DNA of 64,000 bases from the human T2T-CHM13v2.0 reference genome, Homo sapiens, in the NCBI RefSeq assembly GCF_009914755.1, contig NC_060936.1; one strand, 5' to 3'. The translations under genes and the position numbers were made by a program. The notes under the pieces were generated by a model that worked only from the letters and a program-made list of their open reading frames with translations, made no database searches and was not told where the DNA came from. This document shows, in pieces, positions 1 to 16,707 of the stretch (positions within the stretch are counted from its first letter, which is position 1; each line of letters starts with the position of its first letter).

Positions 1-850
1 TTAAACCTCTTTCAATTCCAAACCATCTCTTTGTGAATGCATAAAACTGAATGCTTTTAAGAGCACACAAGTCACCTCTTGAATGCTTTGCTGCTTAGAA
101 ATTTATTCTGCCAGATACCCTACATCATTTCTCTCAAGTTCAAAGTTCTGCAGATTTCTAAGGCAGGGGCAAAATGCCACCAGTCTCTTTGCTAAAGCAT
201 AGCAAGAGTCACTTTTATTCCAGTTCCCAATGAGTTCCTCATCTCCATCTGAGACCATCTCAGCCTGGACTTCATTGTCCATATCACTGCCAGCATTATA
301 GTCAAACCCATTCAACAAGTCTCTAGGAAGTTCTGAACTTTCCCACATTTTCCTGTCTTCTTCTGAGACCTCCAAACTGTTCCACCTTTGCCTGTTACCC
401 AGTTCCAAAGTTGCTTCCGCATTTTTGGGTATCTTTATAGCAGCACTCCACTCTATGTGGTACCAATTTACTGTATTAGTTCACTTTCATACTGCTATTA
501 AGAACTTCCTGAGACTGGGTAATTTCTAAAGGAAAGAGATTTAATTACTCACAGTTCAGCATGGCTCGGGAGGCCTCAGGAAACTTACAATCATGGCAGA
601 AGGTAAAGCAGAAGCAAGGCACCTTCTTTACAAGGCGCAGGAAGGAGAAGTGCTGAGCAAAATGTGGAAGAGCCCCTTACAAAACTATCAAATCTCATGA
701 GAACTCACTTGCTATCATGATAACAGCATGGGGGAAACTGTCCCCATGATTCAATTACCTCCAACTGGTCTCTCCTTTGACATGTGGGAACTGTGGGGAT
801 TACAATTCAAGATGAGATTTTGGTGGGGGACACAAAGCCTAACCATATCA
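1..850 (-). mobile_element. THE1-family MaLR: LTR (472-850) plus internal sequence (1-471)
   Basis: LTR ends tgtattagt...aaccatatca; ORF 103-408 translates to typical MaLR internal text (LELGNR...WNSLEVSEEDRKMWES). Confidence 0.85.
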
Positions 851-1170
851 TACCCTAGCTCCAAATGGCATGATATTAAGTGGTGCCATCGTTGAGAGGT
901 AATTTGCTTATGGGAGTGGAAACTTCACGATGCAATAAGTGCCCTTATGAGAAGAGACAGGACATAATTTGCTTTCTTTCTTGGTTCTCTTTCATGTGAA
1001 AATAAAGCAAAAAGAAAGCTATCTCCAAACCAGAAAGAGGAACCTCAGTAGACAAAGAATCTTTTGGCACCTTGCTCTTTGACCTCCTGGCCTCCAGAAC
1101 TGAGTAATAAATGTTTGTTGTTTAAGCCACCAAGTCTATGATAATTTGTTACAGCTACCCTGACTAAGAT
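851..1170 (+). mobile_element. MLT1-type MaLR LTR fragment
   Basis: 3' end cctccagaactgagtaataaatgtttgttgtttaagccacc...gactaagata. Confidence 0.65.
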
Positions 1171-2975
1171 AGCTTGTTAGGAGAGCTGAGGCAGTGGTTA
1201 GAAGGAAGGAATTCTGGTTTGAAATTGAAATAGATGGCTTAGAAAGTTTCAGGAAGGTAAGGATATTGACTGTGCAAGTCCTGAAGTAACTGAGCCAAAA
1301 GGTAGAAAAGTTAAGGGGTTACTGCTGCAGAGATCTCTAACTGCTATCTATGATTCAATATGTTTTCATTATATATTTTTTGTTATTTAATTATAAAACA
1401 GCTGAGTGGGAGTATTAAATTGAAAGTAATCTGTGGTTGAACAGACAAGATGCTGAGCTGGAGATCTCAGAGAAGACACAACACCTCGATTGGCTACTTC
1501 TAGTGTCATGTGACATGAGAACGAAGTCCTGTGAGGGTTAAGCAGGCTTATCAAAATTGGAGGCTAGAATATATAAAACTGATGCAATGAACAGGCTGAG
1601 GAGAAACACATGAGGAGGTAGTGCCAATAGTGGTTCTAAAAGAATGATCCAAAAGAAAACATAGGCTTTATCATATATAGATAAACATATATCTATATAT
1701 GGCATTTCTAATGTCCTGAAAAACAGTAATAGGAATTGAAGAGAAATTTGAGAATAGATTTTAGAGGTTTTTTTTTTTTTTCAACCTGCAATGGAAGAGA
1801 GACAGTAGAAATAAGGTGAGGTGAATCAATGCAGATGCTATTTAAGTAGCAAAGTTATAATTGGGGTTGCTTATTTTCATAATAGAAATGACAAAAGAAT
1901 TGAGGTGGACACACAATGTGAGACAAAAGCAATAGTTATTTTGGGGCTTACTGGAAATGCTTTTATACAGAGCCAAGGGGCGGGGGGTGTTTGAATATTG
2001 GAAGAACAAAAGATAGAGTAGATTCTATTAATGTCTGAAGTTGTGACCTTTTTCTAATGCAGAACTTGTGCTTATAAAAATTTCTTCAGTGTTCACCAAT
2101 GTTTTAATTAATTGTTTCTGGAAAGTATATTTCCCCAAATCATCACATCTATTTAATTTTGCCCAGTTCTGTAACAACAACAACAACAATCTACTTCATC
2201 TTTTGTTCTTGCCTAACTTGGAAAAATTCCTAGAAAGTGCAACATACAAATTGTCTTCAGTAGTTTAACTATTTTTATACATGTTTGCATTAGAATCTGT
2301 CTACATCATAAAATTATTGCTTTGTAGGAGAGCCTGGAAAGTCATTTTTACTCTGGTTGAGATAGTATATGCTGGATCTCATATAAATATTTTAAAAAGA
2401 CAAAAATTAAATGCAATTGAACAGCTGGTAACTCTAACAATTTCTGTGGCATGTATTGTGTTTTCATTAATATAGAATTCTTTTCATCAATTTAGATAAT
2501 TCAATTGGTAGGCAGTTAACCAACTTGCTCAGGGTTCATACCTATTGAGTAATAATAAAAAGTTCAAACAATGAAACTGAAATTGCATATTAAGCCTTGT
2601 CACAAAAGAATCAAACAACACTACTATTATTCTAAAACATAATATTGATACAGTTGCTTCAATTAAGAAATAACTTTATGGACTGTATTGGTAATCTGAC
2701 TGTGAGTAAGCAACAAAGAGGATCTAATTAAAGGACCATACTTTACAATCTTTTCCATAATACATTGAGATTAAAGCAGACTTTTGTTTGCAGGAAATTT
2801 GTGCTGATGCTAACATTCTTCATGATTTTCTTCATGTCTGAACAGGTTTATGTTGTGCAGAATGCAAAAATAGTGGTTGCATTTTGATAGGTTTCATATA
2901 TATCCGAGCAATTTTCAATAAAATCTACTCTGATGGTATTAACATAGACACGACTTCAAATTTCTAATATCCTAA

Positions 2976-3731
2976 TGTTAGTGGGAAGTGCAGAAATCCT
3001 GGGTCCTTTGTCTTTCTTGGGAGAAAGAATTTGGCCAAGAGACAATTTAGCCATAAAAGAGAATTTATTGAAGGAAAATAGAGAGCAGAGTTTATTTAAA
3101 GATACAGTACCCTTTGAAGGATGAGGCACAGCTGGCTGCTGAAAGAGAGTGAGCCAGCAGCCCTCCAGAGAGCTCTGCATTGGGGTTTTTATGATGTCAG
3201 AATCTTTTTTTAAGTTCCTACCTCGGTCTGGGCTTCTTTTGTCTAGTTTTTTCCATTTCTGCCTTTCTCCACATAGTTCCCATCCCAGGTTTGTGGGACT
3301 CTCCCTTACTATTGATTAATGAGCATGCTTCAGCTTGTGTTGACTACAAATTTTAGGTGATGGTTGCCTTGCTAATTACTGCTACCCAAGGAAGGTTATA
3401 TAGCTGTTAAATCTATACTTGTTGCACATGTGCATTTCTTAGGAAATTCTCCTTTGCCCTTTCTCCTCCATATCAGTATGTAGCTAGCTACAGTTTGACG
3501 GTTTGACTGCAGAGTGAGCCGTTACTGGGCATCTTAAGAGGCGTTCCTTTTTGCATAGGTATTTTCTCTTTTCCTTGCTTACACTTGACTAATTGCCCGC
3601 CCACTTCATCATTAGAGATACTATTAACATGCAGATTTTGGGTGGTCCCTGGGAGTGAGTGAGGCTTCCCAGACCTTCTTTTCTCAGGGCTTCCTCTCCT
3701 GCTCACGTATATCTATCTGCCTACTCTAACG
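2976..3731 (-). mobile_element. ERV1 solo LTR, MER50-like
   Basis: Termini tgtta...taac(g), 4-bp TSD CTAA on both sides; minus-strand start GTTAGAGTAGGCAG resembles MER50. Confidence 0.65.
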
Positions 3732-5882
3732 CTAATACTTTTGCTAAAAACAAACAAATGGAAACAGTTATCTCATTCATGTTAGGCAAAAGAATCAGAC
3801 TTGATAGGCTCCCATGAACACCAATATTCAACTATATTATTAATCCAACATCTTCCTGGGCTGGCTACTTGGGCAACACAGGACTGAATATCTACTTAGA
3901 GGATGGAGATGAGCAAAGGTTCTCAGGGAGTAGCATTTGATCTGGAAGTTGTAGATTTCAGTAAGATTTTGTTAGGAGTGTTTGGTAGGGGGTAGGCTCT
4001 TGGACAGACAGCAGAAAATTTCCACAGGTCTAAACATACTTTGGTAAGCCTGGGAAATGCCAAGTGCTCTGAAGTGAGTTTGGAGTCCAAGTTGGTGAGA
4101 ATGAAATTAGATGAGACTTTAAATATTTTTATAAGAAAGGATGGACCAACAGACGTGTTTAAACAGAAGGGAAAAAGGTTATATCTAAAGTTATAAAAGA
4201 TCAGACTGGCCTCTGAATGGAGCATCAGTGAGCTGGAAAACAGGAAAGCCAGTTAGAATCCTATACTATCAATCCAGGTAAAAATTAATAGACACCTGAA
4301 TTTAGGCAAATTCAGGAAAATATTCTTTCGAATTTAATAGCCATTTCCACCACCCTCCTGGCCCATTTTCATCCTTCACATTCATATTTCTTAGAGGGAG
4401 AGAGTACATACTTCATTATTATTCTTTCTTTTCCAACTTCTGAGTAAAATAGTTCTTGTCTTCTTTTAAATTCTGTGGCTCCTGACCCACAGTATCGCAC
4501 TGAGAATCCAATGAAAGAGCACATTTGAACATATATACTAACATGTATAAACTATCTATTTTATATATGTATATCTACATATATAACATACAGTTCAGTT
4601 GCTTTCATTTTTTAGGATTTAGTATTATTTTTAAGAAGATGTCTTCAAAATAATCCCATTCCAACCACTCTCATGATACATATTTACCAACTCTCCATTT
4701 AAATGTTTTCACTTTAATGTCTCTTGTCCCTTGAAACTTAATTTGTATAACATGAAACTCAGTCAGTTGCTTCTGAAGTTCCTATGACCATGAATGGTGC
4801 ATCCATTCTTCTAGTAACTCAGACTGGAAGGTCTAGCTGACTATGTATGCAACCTCTGCAAAGCTTCACACCTGTCCTCTTTTTCATTTTTAAATCCACC
4901 ACCATTATATAGGCCACAAAATCTCTCCTAGGAACTACATCCAGAACCATTTACCTGTTGGATATGCTTCTTCCTGCACACTACCTAATAAGATGAAACT
5001 TCCTGAAGTTCTCCTCATAATTAGTCCCCTGCTCAAGAACCTCCAATTGCATTTAAAAGTGCAACCTGCTTTTCTAGTCACAATTCCTGCTTCTTCTTGC
5101 CTTTAAAAAGTTTATAATAAAGCCAAACTGGGTGCTTTCTTCACTGAATTTAATGCCTTGGGTTTTCCTGACTTTGGATATGCTCTTTCTAAAGTATGGT
5201 GGAATATCATCTCCATATGAAGATTTTTTTGTGATATTCTTCTTCCCACTACCAAATAGGGTTTCAGTCACCATTAAAAGTTCATAGTACTTTAATTCAT
5301 TCTCTTTAAGTTTTCTACTTGAATTTACATCTTGATAAGTAATTGTCTTAACATAAAAAATTCACTATATTGTAAACTCTTTGTGGGAAGAGATTGTTGT
5401 CCATAATTAATACTAGCACAGAGACGTGCATGCAGAAGCAGTTCAATAAACATCATATTTATATTTACTTAATTTTACTGGACATGCCCTCAAAGCACAT
5501 ATTTCCCAGCCTAGCTGCATTTGCTCTATTTTGGTTGAACATGCAACATTCACTCATGCAACTTTTTGTCTTTCATTGTTAACATCACCACCATTATGTT
5601 CATCATCAATAAAAATTCATTGAATTAATGCAAATGCAAGACATTCCTATTTTAGTAGAGTTGTATGTAGTCAGCAGAGAATCAATGCAAATAATAACTT
5701 GCACTCCAGAACTTCACTGATTTTGATGGTCAAAGTTAAGTATGGTTTGGCAATATTGGCAATGCATTTAAATCAAGAAATATCTTCAGGTACCCCTCAT
5801 ATTGATGGAATTTAGAAGTTTAGGCACTGCAATGCTTTTGTTTGGAGATGCAGCTCAGTTCTTGTTAGTGTAGCCTTTTTAC

Positions 5883-5910
5883 TTGTTGTTTTGTTGTTGT
5901 TGTTGTTGTT
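5883..5910. repeat. (TTG)n microsatellite
   Basis: Directly visible. Confidence 0.9.
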
Positions 5911-5935
5911 ACCAGCTGGTGTGTTGCACAATATG

Positions 5936-6608
5936 CAGTTGATTCTCCTTATTCATGGTAGTTATATTCTATCACATTGCTGAAAACACTGAATTAGCAA
6001 GTGCTGAACTATTGCTCCTAGGGGAAATACAAAATTAGGTTTCTGCAAACTCTGGTCACAATATTTTTGGCAACCGATCAATACATAACTTTGTTTTACA
6101 TATGTTTCTGTTAAAAGGCAACTAAATTTAATGTATATTGTTGATTTATTAAAATTAAAGTCACATCCAACAGTGTTTTAACTCAGGCCCAAAGGAAGCT
6201 TGTCTAACATACACATAGCATTTTGTCCATAAAGCACATTGCTACCTTCTTGTGCTTACGAATGCTAAACAGCACTTCCTATACTTTGGGGCCATTTTGA
6301 GCAAATAAATAAATAAATACATAAATAAATAACCAAAAAAAGTACAAAAATGCAAAATTTATGGCACAAAAAAGGCCTTGCAAAGGATACTTGTTTACAG
6401 TCTCAGAGCTGCAATAAGAAGATGGAGCATTGCCTTGTCTAACGTCCAATGGGAACATGCAAGTTGGGCAATCAGATTTTTCACCACTATGCGCCATGTA
6501 CACTAATTCCCACAGAAGTGCTGGCAGTATTGATTGGGAAATTACAAAAAAATTTTAGTATGTAGGTGAACTTACAAATATGGAATATATGATAATGAGT
6601 ATTGACTG
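5936..6608 (+). mobile_element. MER82 (Tigger-type) DNA transposon
   Basis: Terminal inverted repeats cagttgattctccttatt / ataatgagtattgactg; internal sequence resembles MER82. Confidence 0.7.
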
Positions 6609-6652
6609 TAATAAAGACAATTCAACCATGAGACACCAAAGATAACATGTTA

Positions 6653-7103
6653 TTAGGTTGGTGCAAAAGTAATTGTAGTCTTTGCTAGTACTGGTTTTTG
6701 TTTTCTTTTGTTTTGTTTTTATGCCTATCCTCTGAGGCCTCTCTCCTTTGCTTGTATGTATTTATTTAGAGACAGAGTCTCACTCTATCACTCAGGCTGG
6801 GGTGCAGTGGCATGATCTCAGTTCACTGCAACCTTGCCTCCCAGGTTCAAGCAATTCTCGTGCCTCAGCCTCCCGGTAGCTGGGACTACAATCACGTGCC
6901 ACCACTCCCAACTAATTTTTGTATATTTTTTTAGTAGAAATGGGTTTTTTGCATGTTGACCAGGCTGGTATTGAACTCCTGACCTCAAGTAATCCACCTG
7001 CCTCCACCTCCCAAAGTGCTGGGATTACAGGCGTGAGCCAACGTGCCCAGCCCTGCCATTACTTTGAATGGCAAAAATTGCAATTACTTTTGCACCAACC
7101 TAT
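6653..7103. mobile_element. MADE1 mariner MITE interrupted by an Alu
   Basis: TIRs ttaggttggtgcaaaagtaattg (6653) and caattacttttgcaccaaccta (7081-7102). Confidence 0.85.
6756..7052 (-). mobile_element. Alu (S-type)
   Basis: Full dimer in reverse orientation. Confidence 0.9.
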
Positions 7104-9254
7104 TATTAGTTCTTCAGTGAGGTTGAAATAATGTTTTTAACTTTTTCACCATTTTTCAGCTTGCATTTTACACTAGTGGTAAGAAGCTGTTTACAGTTTC
7201 CAGATACATTTGTTCTTACAAGCCTCTACATTTTTTATTGCATGGCTCCCTCTGCCTGGAATGCTGCAGTCCTATTTTCTTTCATTACTTAATTTTCATG
7301 CAATCTTTAAAGCTCAATTCAGCATAATCTCCTCCAGGAAGCCTACTTCCAAGGTGACCAAGGGTACTCTGAATTTTTGCATTCCTCTATTTCGCACTTG
7401 GAATTTAACAGATTTTTCTGTCACCTCTACATTGAGAACTTCTTAATAAGGCCTGTATTTACAATTTTGTAGACTTAATATCTAGCACAATGCCTGGCTG
7501 ATAATAGGTGATAAATATTGACTAGAACTGAGCTGAATGAGGAAAAGCATTGGAAAAAAACTGCTAATTTAAAAAAGGATGATAATTCAACTTAAATATG
7601 TTTTTAAAAAACCTAGGACTGAATTAAACAAATTTAAATTAAAGATTACAGTGAGGAACAAAGTACAAATTTGATTGATTTAAGAAAGGAAAGATTTTGT
7701 GTGCTCAAGTACAGAAGAAAAAAATGACTTACACTCATCATATAATACAAATCAGATGAGTCAGCTGCATAAAGCAATTATTTATAAAGGAAACATTATG
7801 CTGGAATATATTAATAGCAGTATGACTAGCTTATCATGAGTGAGTAGTAATCTTTCTTCCATATTTGGCAATAATCAAGCCTTTCCTAAAGTATTTATGA
7901 AAGTTGTAGACAAATTGGAGCACATTCAAAGAAGATCAACAAAAATGAAAATAAGACTATTAGAAAAGATGAAAGGGACTCCAGGACTCCAAGCAGGGCA
8001 GAGTACAGCAAGAAAGACCATGAATTAAAACTTGTCATCAAGCCCAGCCCAATACTTGGCACAAAGCTCAATAAGAAAGTTTTTGATTAATTAAAGTACT
8101 TAAATTGAGGCTCAAAGGACAAAGATCAGTAGTCCTACATTAGCATAGTGGCCAGAACTGTATGAAATATATTAAAATTCAAGAAATAGATTAAAAGTTA
8201 TTTGAAGGAGAATCTCCTGATGGTACCAAGCAATTAAATACTGGAACAAAAACTTCAGGGGAATCATGAAATATTTCGGCATCCATATCAATTAGAATCA
8301 TTTAGATGATAAACAGCTTTGAATGGTGTAAGTTTAGCCTAGAAACAGAGAGCTGGGCTAGTTGCCCTTTTAACCACTCTCTCAGAATGATAATGTTGAT
8401 TGGTATACCTAAAAATCTGTTACCATAGTTTTATTTAATCAATTTAACCTGTATGTTAAAGAAAGAAAGAAACAAGAAAGAAAGAAATATTGATTGGGAG
8501 AGTAGACTATATCTCTTGTATAAATAGAAAAAATAATTATTTTTATAGTGTCTATTAAGAACATAATTTCCAGGCGCTATGATTCTGGCTTTATATGCTT
8601 CATCTCCTTTAATCCTAAAATAATCTGAGAAAGGTACTATTGTAACCTCTTCCATGGATAATTTTAAGCAAATTAATCTAAGTCGCAGGAATTAAGAGAA
8701 AGAGTGAAGATTGCAATATAGATTTTTTTGACTCCAGAACACAGATTCTTAACATTTTCTATTCTAGTCCATTCTTTTCTATTCTATTTTAGTCTCTATT
8801 CACCCGTTTATTCAAAAAGTATTTATTGAAGCATCAACTGCACATCATGCTTTTTACAGGTGCAAGGGTATAGACTGGGTTCCCCAGGAAACAAAGTCTG
8901 AGATGGTTTGCCTGCAGGAAGTTTATTGAGGAATTCTCTCAGGAACAACATTTGGAGGGAAGTGAAAGAAGCAGATGTTGGCAGAGGGAGAGCTGAATCA
9001 CAGCACAGTTGCAAAAAAGACCTCCACCTTTAAGCTGAGCTCATGAGCTTGAGCTCCATGCACCTTGAACATTGTCCTTAAATGTGGCAAGGAGTCTTGG
9101 CCTTCATACTCTCATCTACCAGTCATGGAATGGTGGCTTCTCCCAGGGGAAGCACTTACCTTGCTGAGGTATATCCTATTTGGCCAAGGGCATTTACAGG
9201 GAAGAGATTCAACTGTGGGCCCACTCCCAAGTGGATACCACAATGCACCAAAAC

Positions 9255-9970
9255 AGAAGAGTACCTACCCTCATGATGCTTATTTACCAGTGGGGAATGG
9301 GATAAACTATCAATTAATCAGTGTGTTGTTTTGTATTTTTCCTATGGCAGATGGTGAAATGTTGTAAGGAGAAAAAGATGAGAAGAGGTAGTTTAAAAGG
9401 AGAGGGCTGAGTGTGATAATATTTAAGTAAAGCTTCATTGAGAAGGTGATATTTGAGCAGATTTGAAAGAGATGAGGAGGAGATACATGAGTACATATGG
9501 GGGAAGATCATCGTTGGTGGGGAGAATAGCTCCATGCACACACTCCAAGAGGGAGCATGCCTAGAATGGTTGAAGCACTGCAAGGAGGTCAGCTGGCCAG
9601 TGTGGATAACAGCCTAAAAGTAACAGAATTATAAGAGATAAAAGTCAAAGAAATAATAAGAGACAGAAGCCTAAATAATGCAGGAACTCTATGACACATT
9701 AAGGACTTTGCTATTTATTCTGAACGAAGGAAGTCCTTTGAGAGTTTTGAGGAGGGGTGTGAATGATCTGACAAATTTTAGAGGGCTCCCTCTTATGTGT
9801 TAAGAACAGACTCCAGGGAGATGGCAAAAATAAAGTATGAGTGAACTACTGCAATAGTTCAGGCAAGAATTGGTGGTAGCTTATGCCAAAGTGGTAATCG
9901 TGAAGATGGTGAGAAGTAGTTAGATTCTGGACACATTTAGAAGATGGAATCAGCAGAATTTGCTAATCAC
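9255..9970. mobile_element. L2 LINE fragment
   Basis: Degenerate L2-like motifs (gagaaggtgatatttgagcagatttgaa, gtagttagattctggacac); limits approximate. Confidence 0.55.
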
Positions 9971-11057
9971 AGCTCCACAATTTACTGTTTAGCCTTAAGC
10001 AAATTAGTTAATTTCTTAGAGCCTTAAAATCTTTTCCTTAAAATAGGGATAATATGTCCATTCTACAGAGCAGATTGTGAGGCTTAAATTGAAAAGATAT
10101 GTGATGTGCTTGGCATTGTGCCTGAAATACAGCAGATGTCCAATAAACACGACTTTCTCTCCTATCTTGTGACTTATATTTTTCACTGTGCTTTTTCTTT
10201 TATCACTACATGTGGTCTTAAAAAAATACTCTAAAGTACCAGAATACCTCAATAATACCTTAAAAATAAAATACTCTAAGGTGCAATACTCTAAAATACC
10301 AAATCAACCTTGATTTATAAATAAGGCAATCAATACCATTAATTTAAATGATTTATATAAAATTGCATCTAAAGTTAATGAAAACATCTCCGGACTTAAC
10401 TCCCCATGCAGTGTACATTCGAGTGTAGAGTGAGATTTCTTACATGTTGATGTTTGAATCTTTTCAGATATCTCAGAAGAAATTAAACTCACCCTGGTGG
10501 ATTTTAAGAGAGTGCTCTCCAAATTTTAAATTTTAAAGGTTTCTTTTAAAGAAACATATGCTATCCCAGCTGTCTACATCTAATAAAGCAACCACTGACA
10601 TAAGGGGGAGAAAAATGGAATATAACATTTCAGAGGTTTTTCAGATACACTGGGGACTTTTGAATAATATGAATGCCATTAAATCAAGTTAAAATGTATG
10701 TATAGGAATTATGGAAGGGTGAAAGTCTCTAAAAGGCACATAGTATCTAAGACTTTCAAAGGCAATACTGTCTACAATGCATATATTATTAATGAACTAG
10801 AAATATCAGAAGTTATTAAAAACAAAATCTCAGTTGTTTCAGCTATTGACACATTTAAAATAATGTGTTTTTTAAAAGATTCTTATATAAGGTTTTATTA
10901 TAACAAGATTTATAATCTTGTTCATCCAACTTTTATTCACTATGTGAATAATTATGCAGAGTACCAGTGCATATCTCTGTGTTATACTTGCTCCTGGTTC
11001 AAACTAGAAGTATTGCAGCATTCTGTTGGTAATATTGCCACCAAAAAAAAATTTTAT

Positions 11058-11490
11058 TGAAGGCCACAATGGTCAAAATCTGTGGTAGCTCTCCTCACAC
11101 CAGGCACCAACTGTGGTAGCACTCTTATATAGGCCTAAGACTAACCTTCTTCCTACCACAGATGCTTAACTGCCTCCTTGGGGGGTCGGCAGAAGTTTAT
11201 TACCCTCAAATGGTGTTTGCTTTAGGCCTCGGGACCTGACCTTTAATCTTCACCCTCTAGTGGTGTTTACTCACAACCCTTTAATCTTTACTAAATAAAT
11301 GCAAGTCTCACCAATGAAGGCTGAGTTGCAACTGTTTACAGGACTCTGCTGGAGTCTGTAAGTGGCTCGGACACACTCAGTTGGACTGGTAAAGCAGAAT
11401 ATCTGTGTGTCTGTGTACTTGATTCATCGGTCCCTGGGTCAAGGGTCTGCAAGGGACAGAACCCCCGCAGCTGTTGCCCCCATGAGAGGA
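11058..11490 (+). mobile_element. ERV LTR followed by a degenerate tRNA-Met primer binding site (HML-5/LTR22-like)
   Basis: AATAAA near 11294, end ...acccccgca at 11469, then tgttgcccccatgagagga resembling TGGTGCCCCGTGTGAGGA. Confidence 0.55.
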
Positions 11491-11978
11491 GCACTACCAG
11501 AAAAATCAGTTAAAAAAAAAAAAAGTAACAGTATTATTAGACTTGCTAATAACTAATGCTTTACTTTCAAGTTGAGTCAATAACTTAAGTAAAACAATTT
11601 TTCATATAACTGATTGATCATGAGAGCTAATATTTTCTGTTATTCATTGTATGACTTAGTTTTCAAAGTCAACTTAGTTTCTGGCACAAATAATTCTAAT
11701 CTTAATTTGTTCACAAAGGGCAAAATTAATGAGCCAGGGCTGAAAAGAAAGAATACGGGCTCCCCAAGCTGTCTACTCCCTCTTGATAGTCTTTCTTCTG
11801 CTGGGCAAGTCCAAATAAAGACCTAATAAAAGGAGCGTTATGAAAGGCCCAAGTGAGCCTCACTATCAGAATCATTTGGAGGTTTATTAAACATACAAAT
11901 TCTTATACCACACCCACCCATCCAAAATCAGAATCTCGAGGGTGGGACCTAGAAATATTACTTAAGATTTTAGATGGT

Positions 11979-16686
<4,708 letters not shown>

Positions 16687-16707
16687 AAGATTTTAGATGG
16701 TATTTTC

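Noticed and set aside
10222-10300. AATACTCTAA repeated three times
   Set aside because: Short AT-rich slippage with irregular spacing; no functional evidence.
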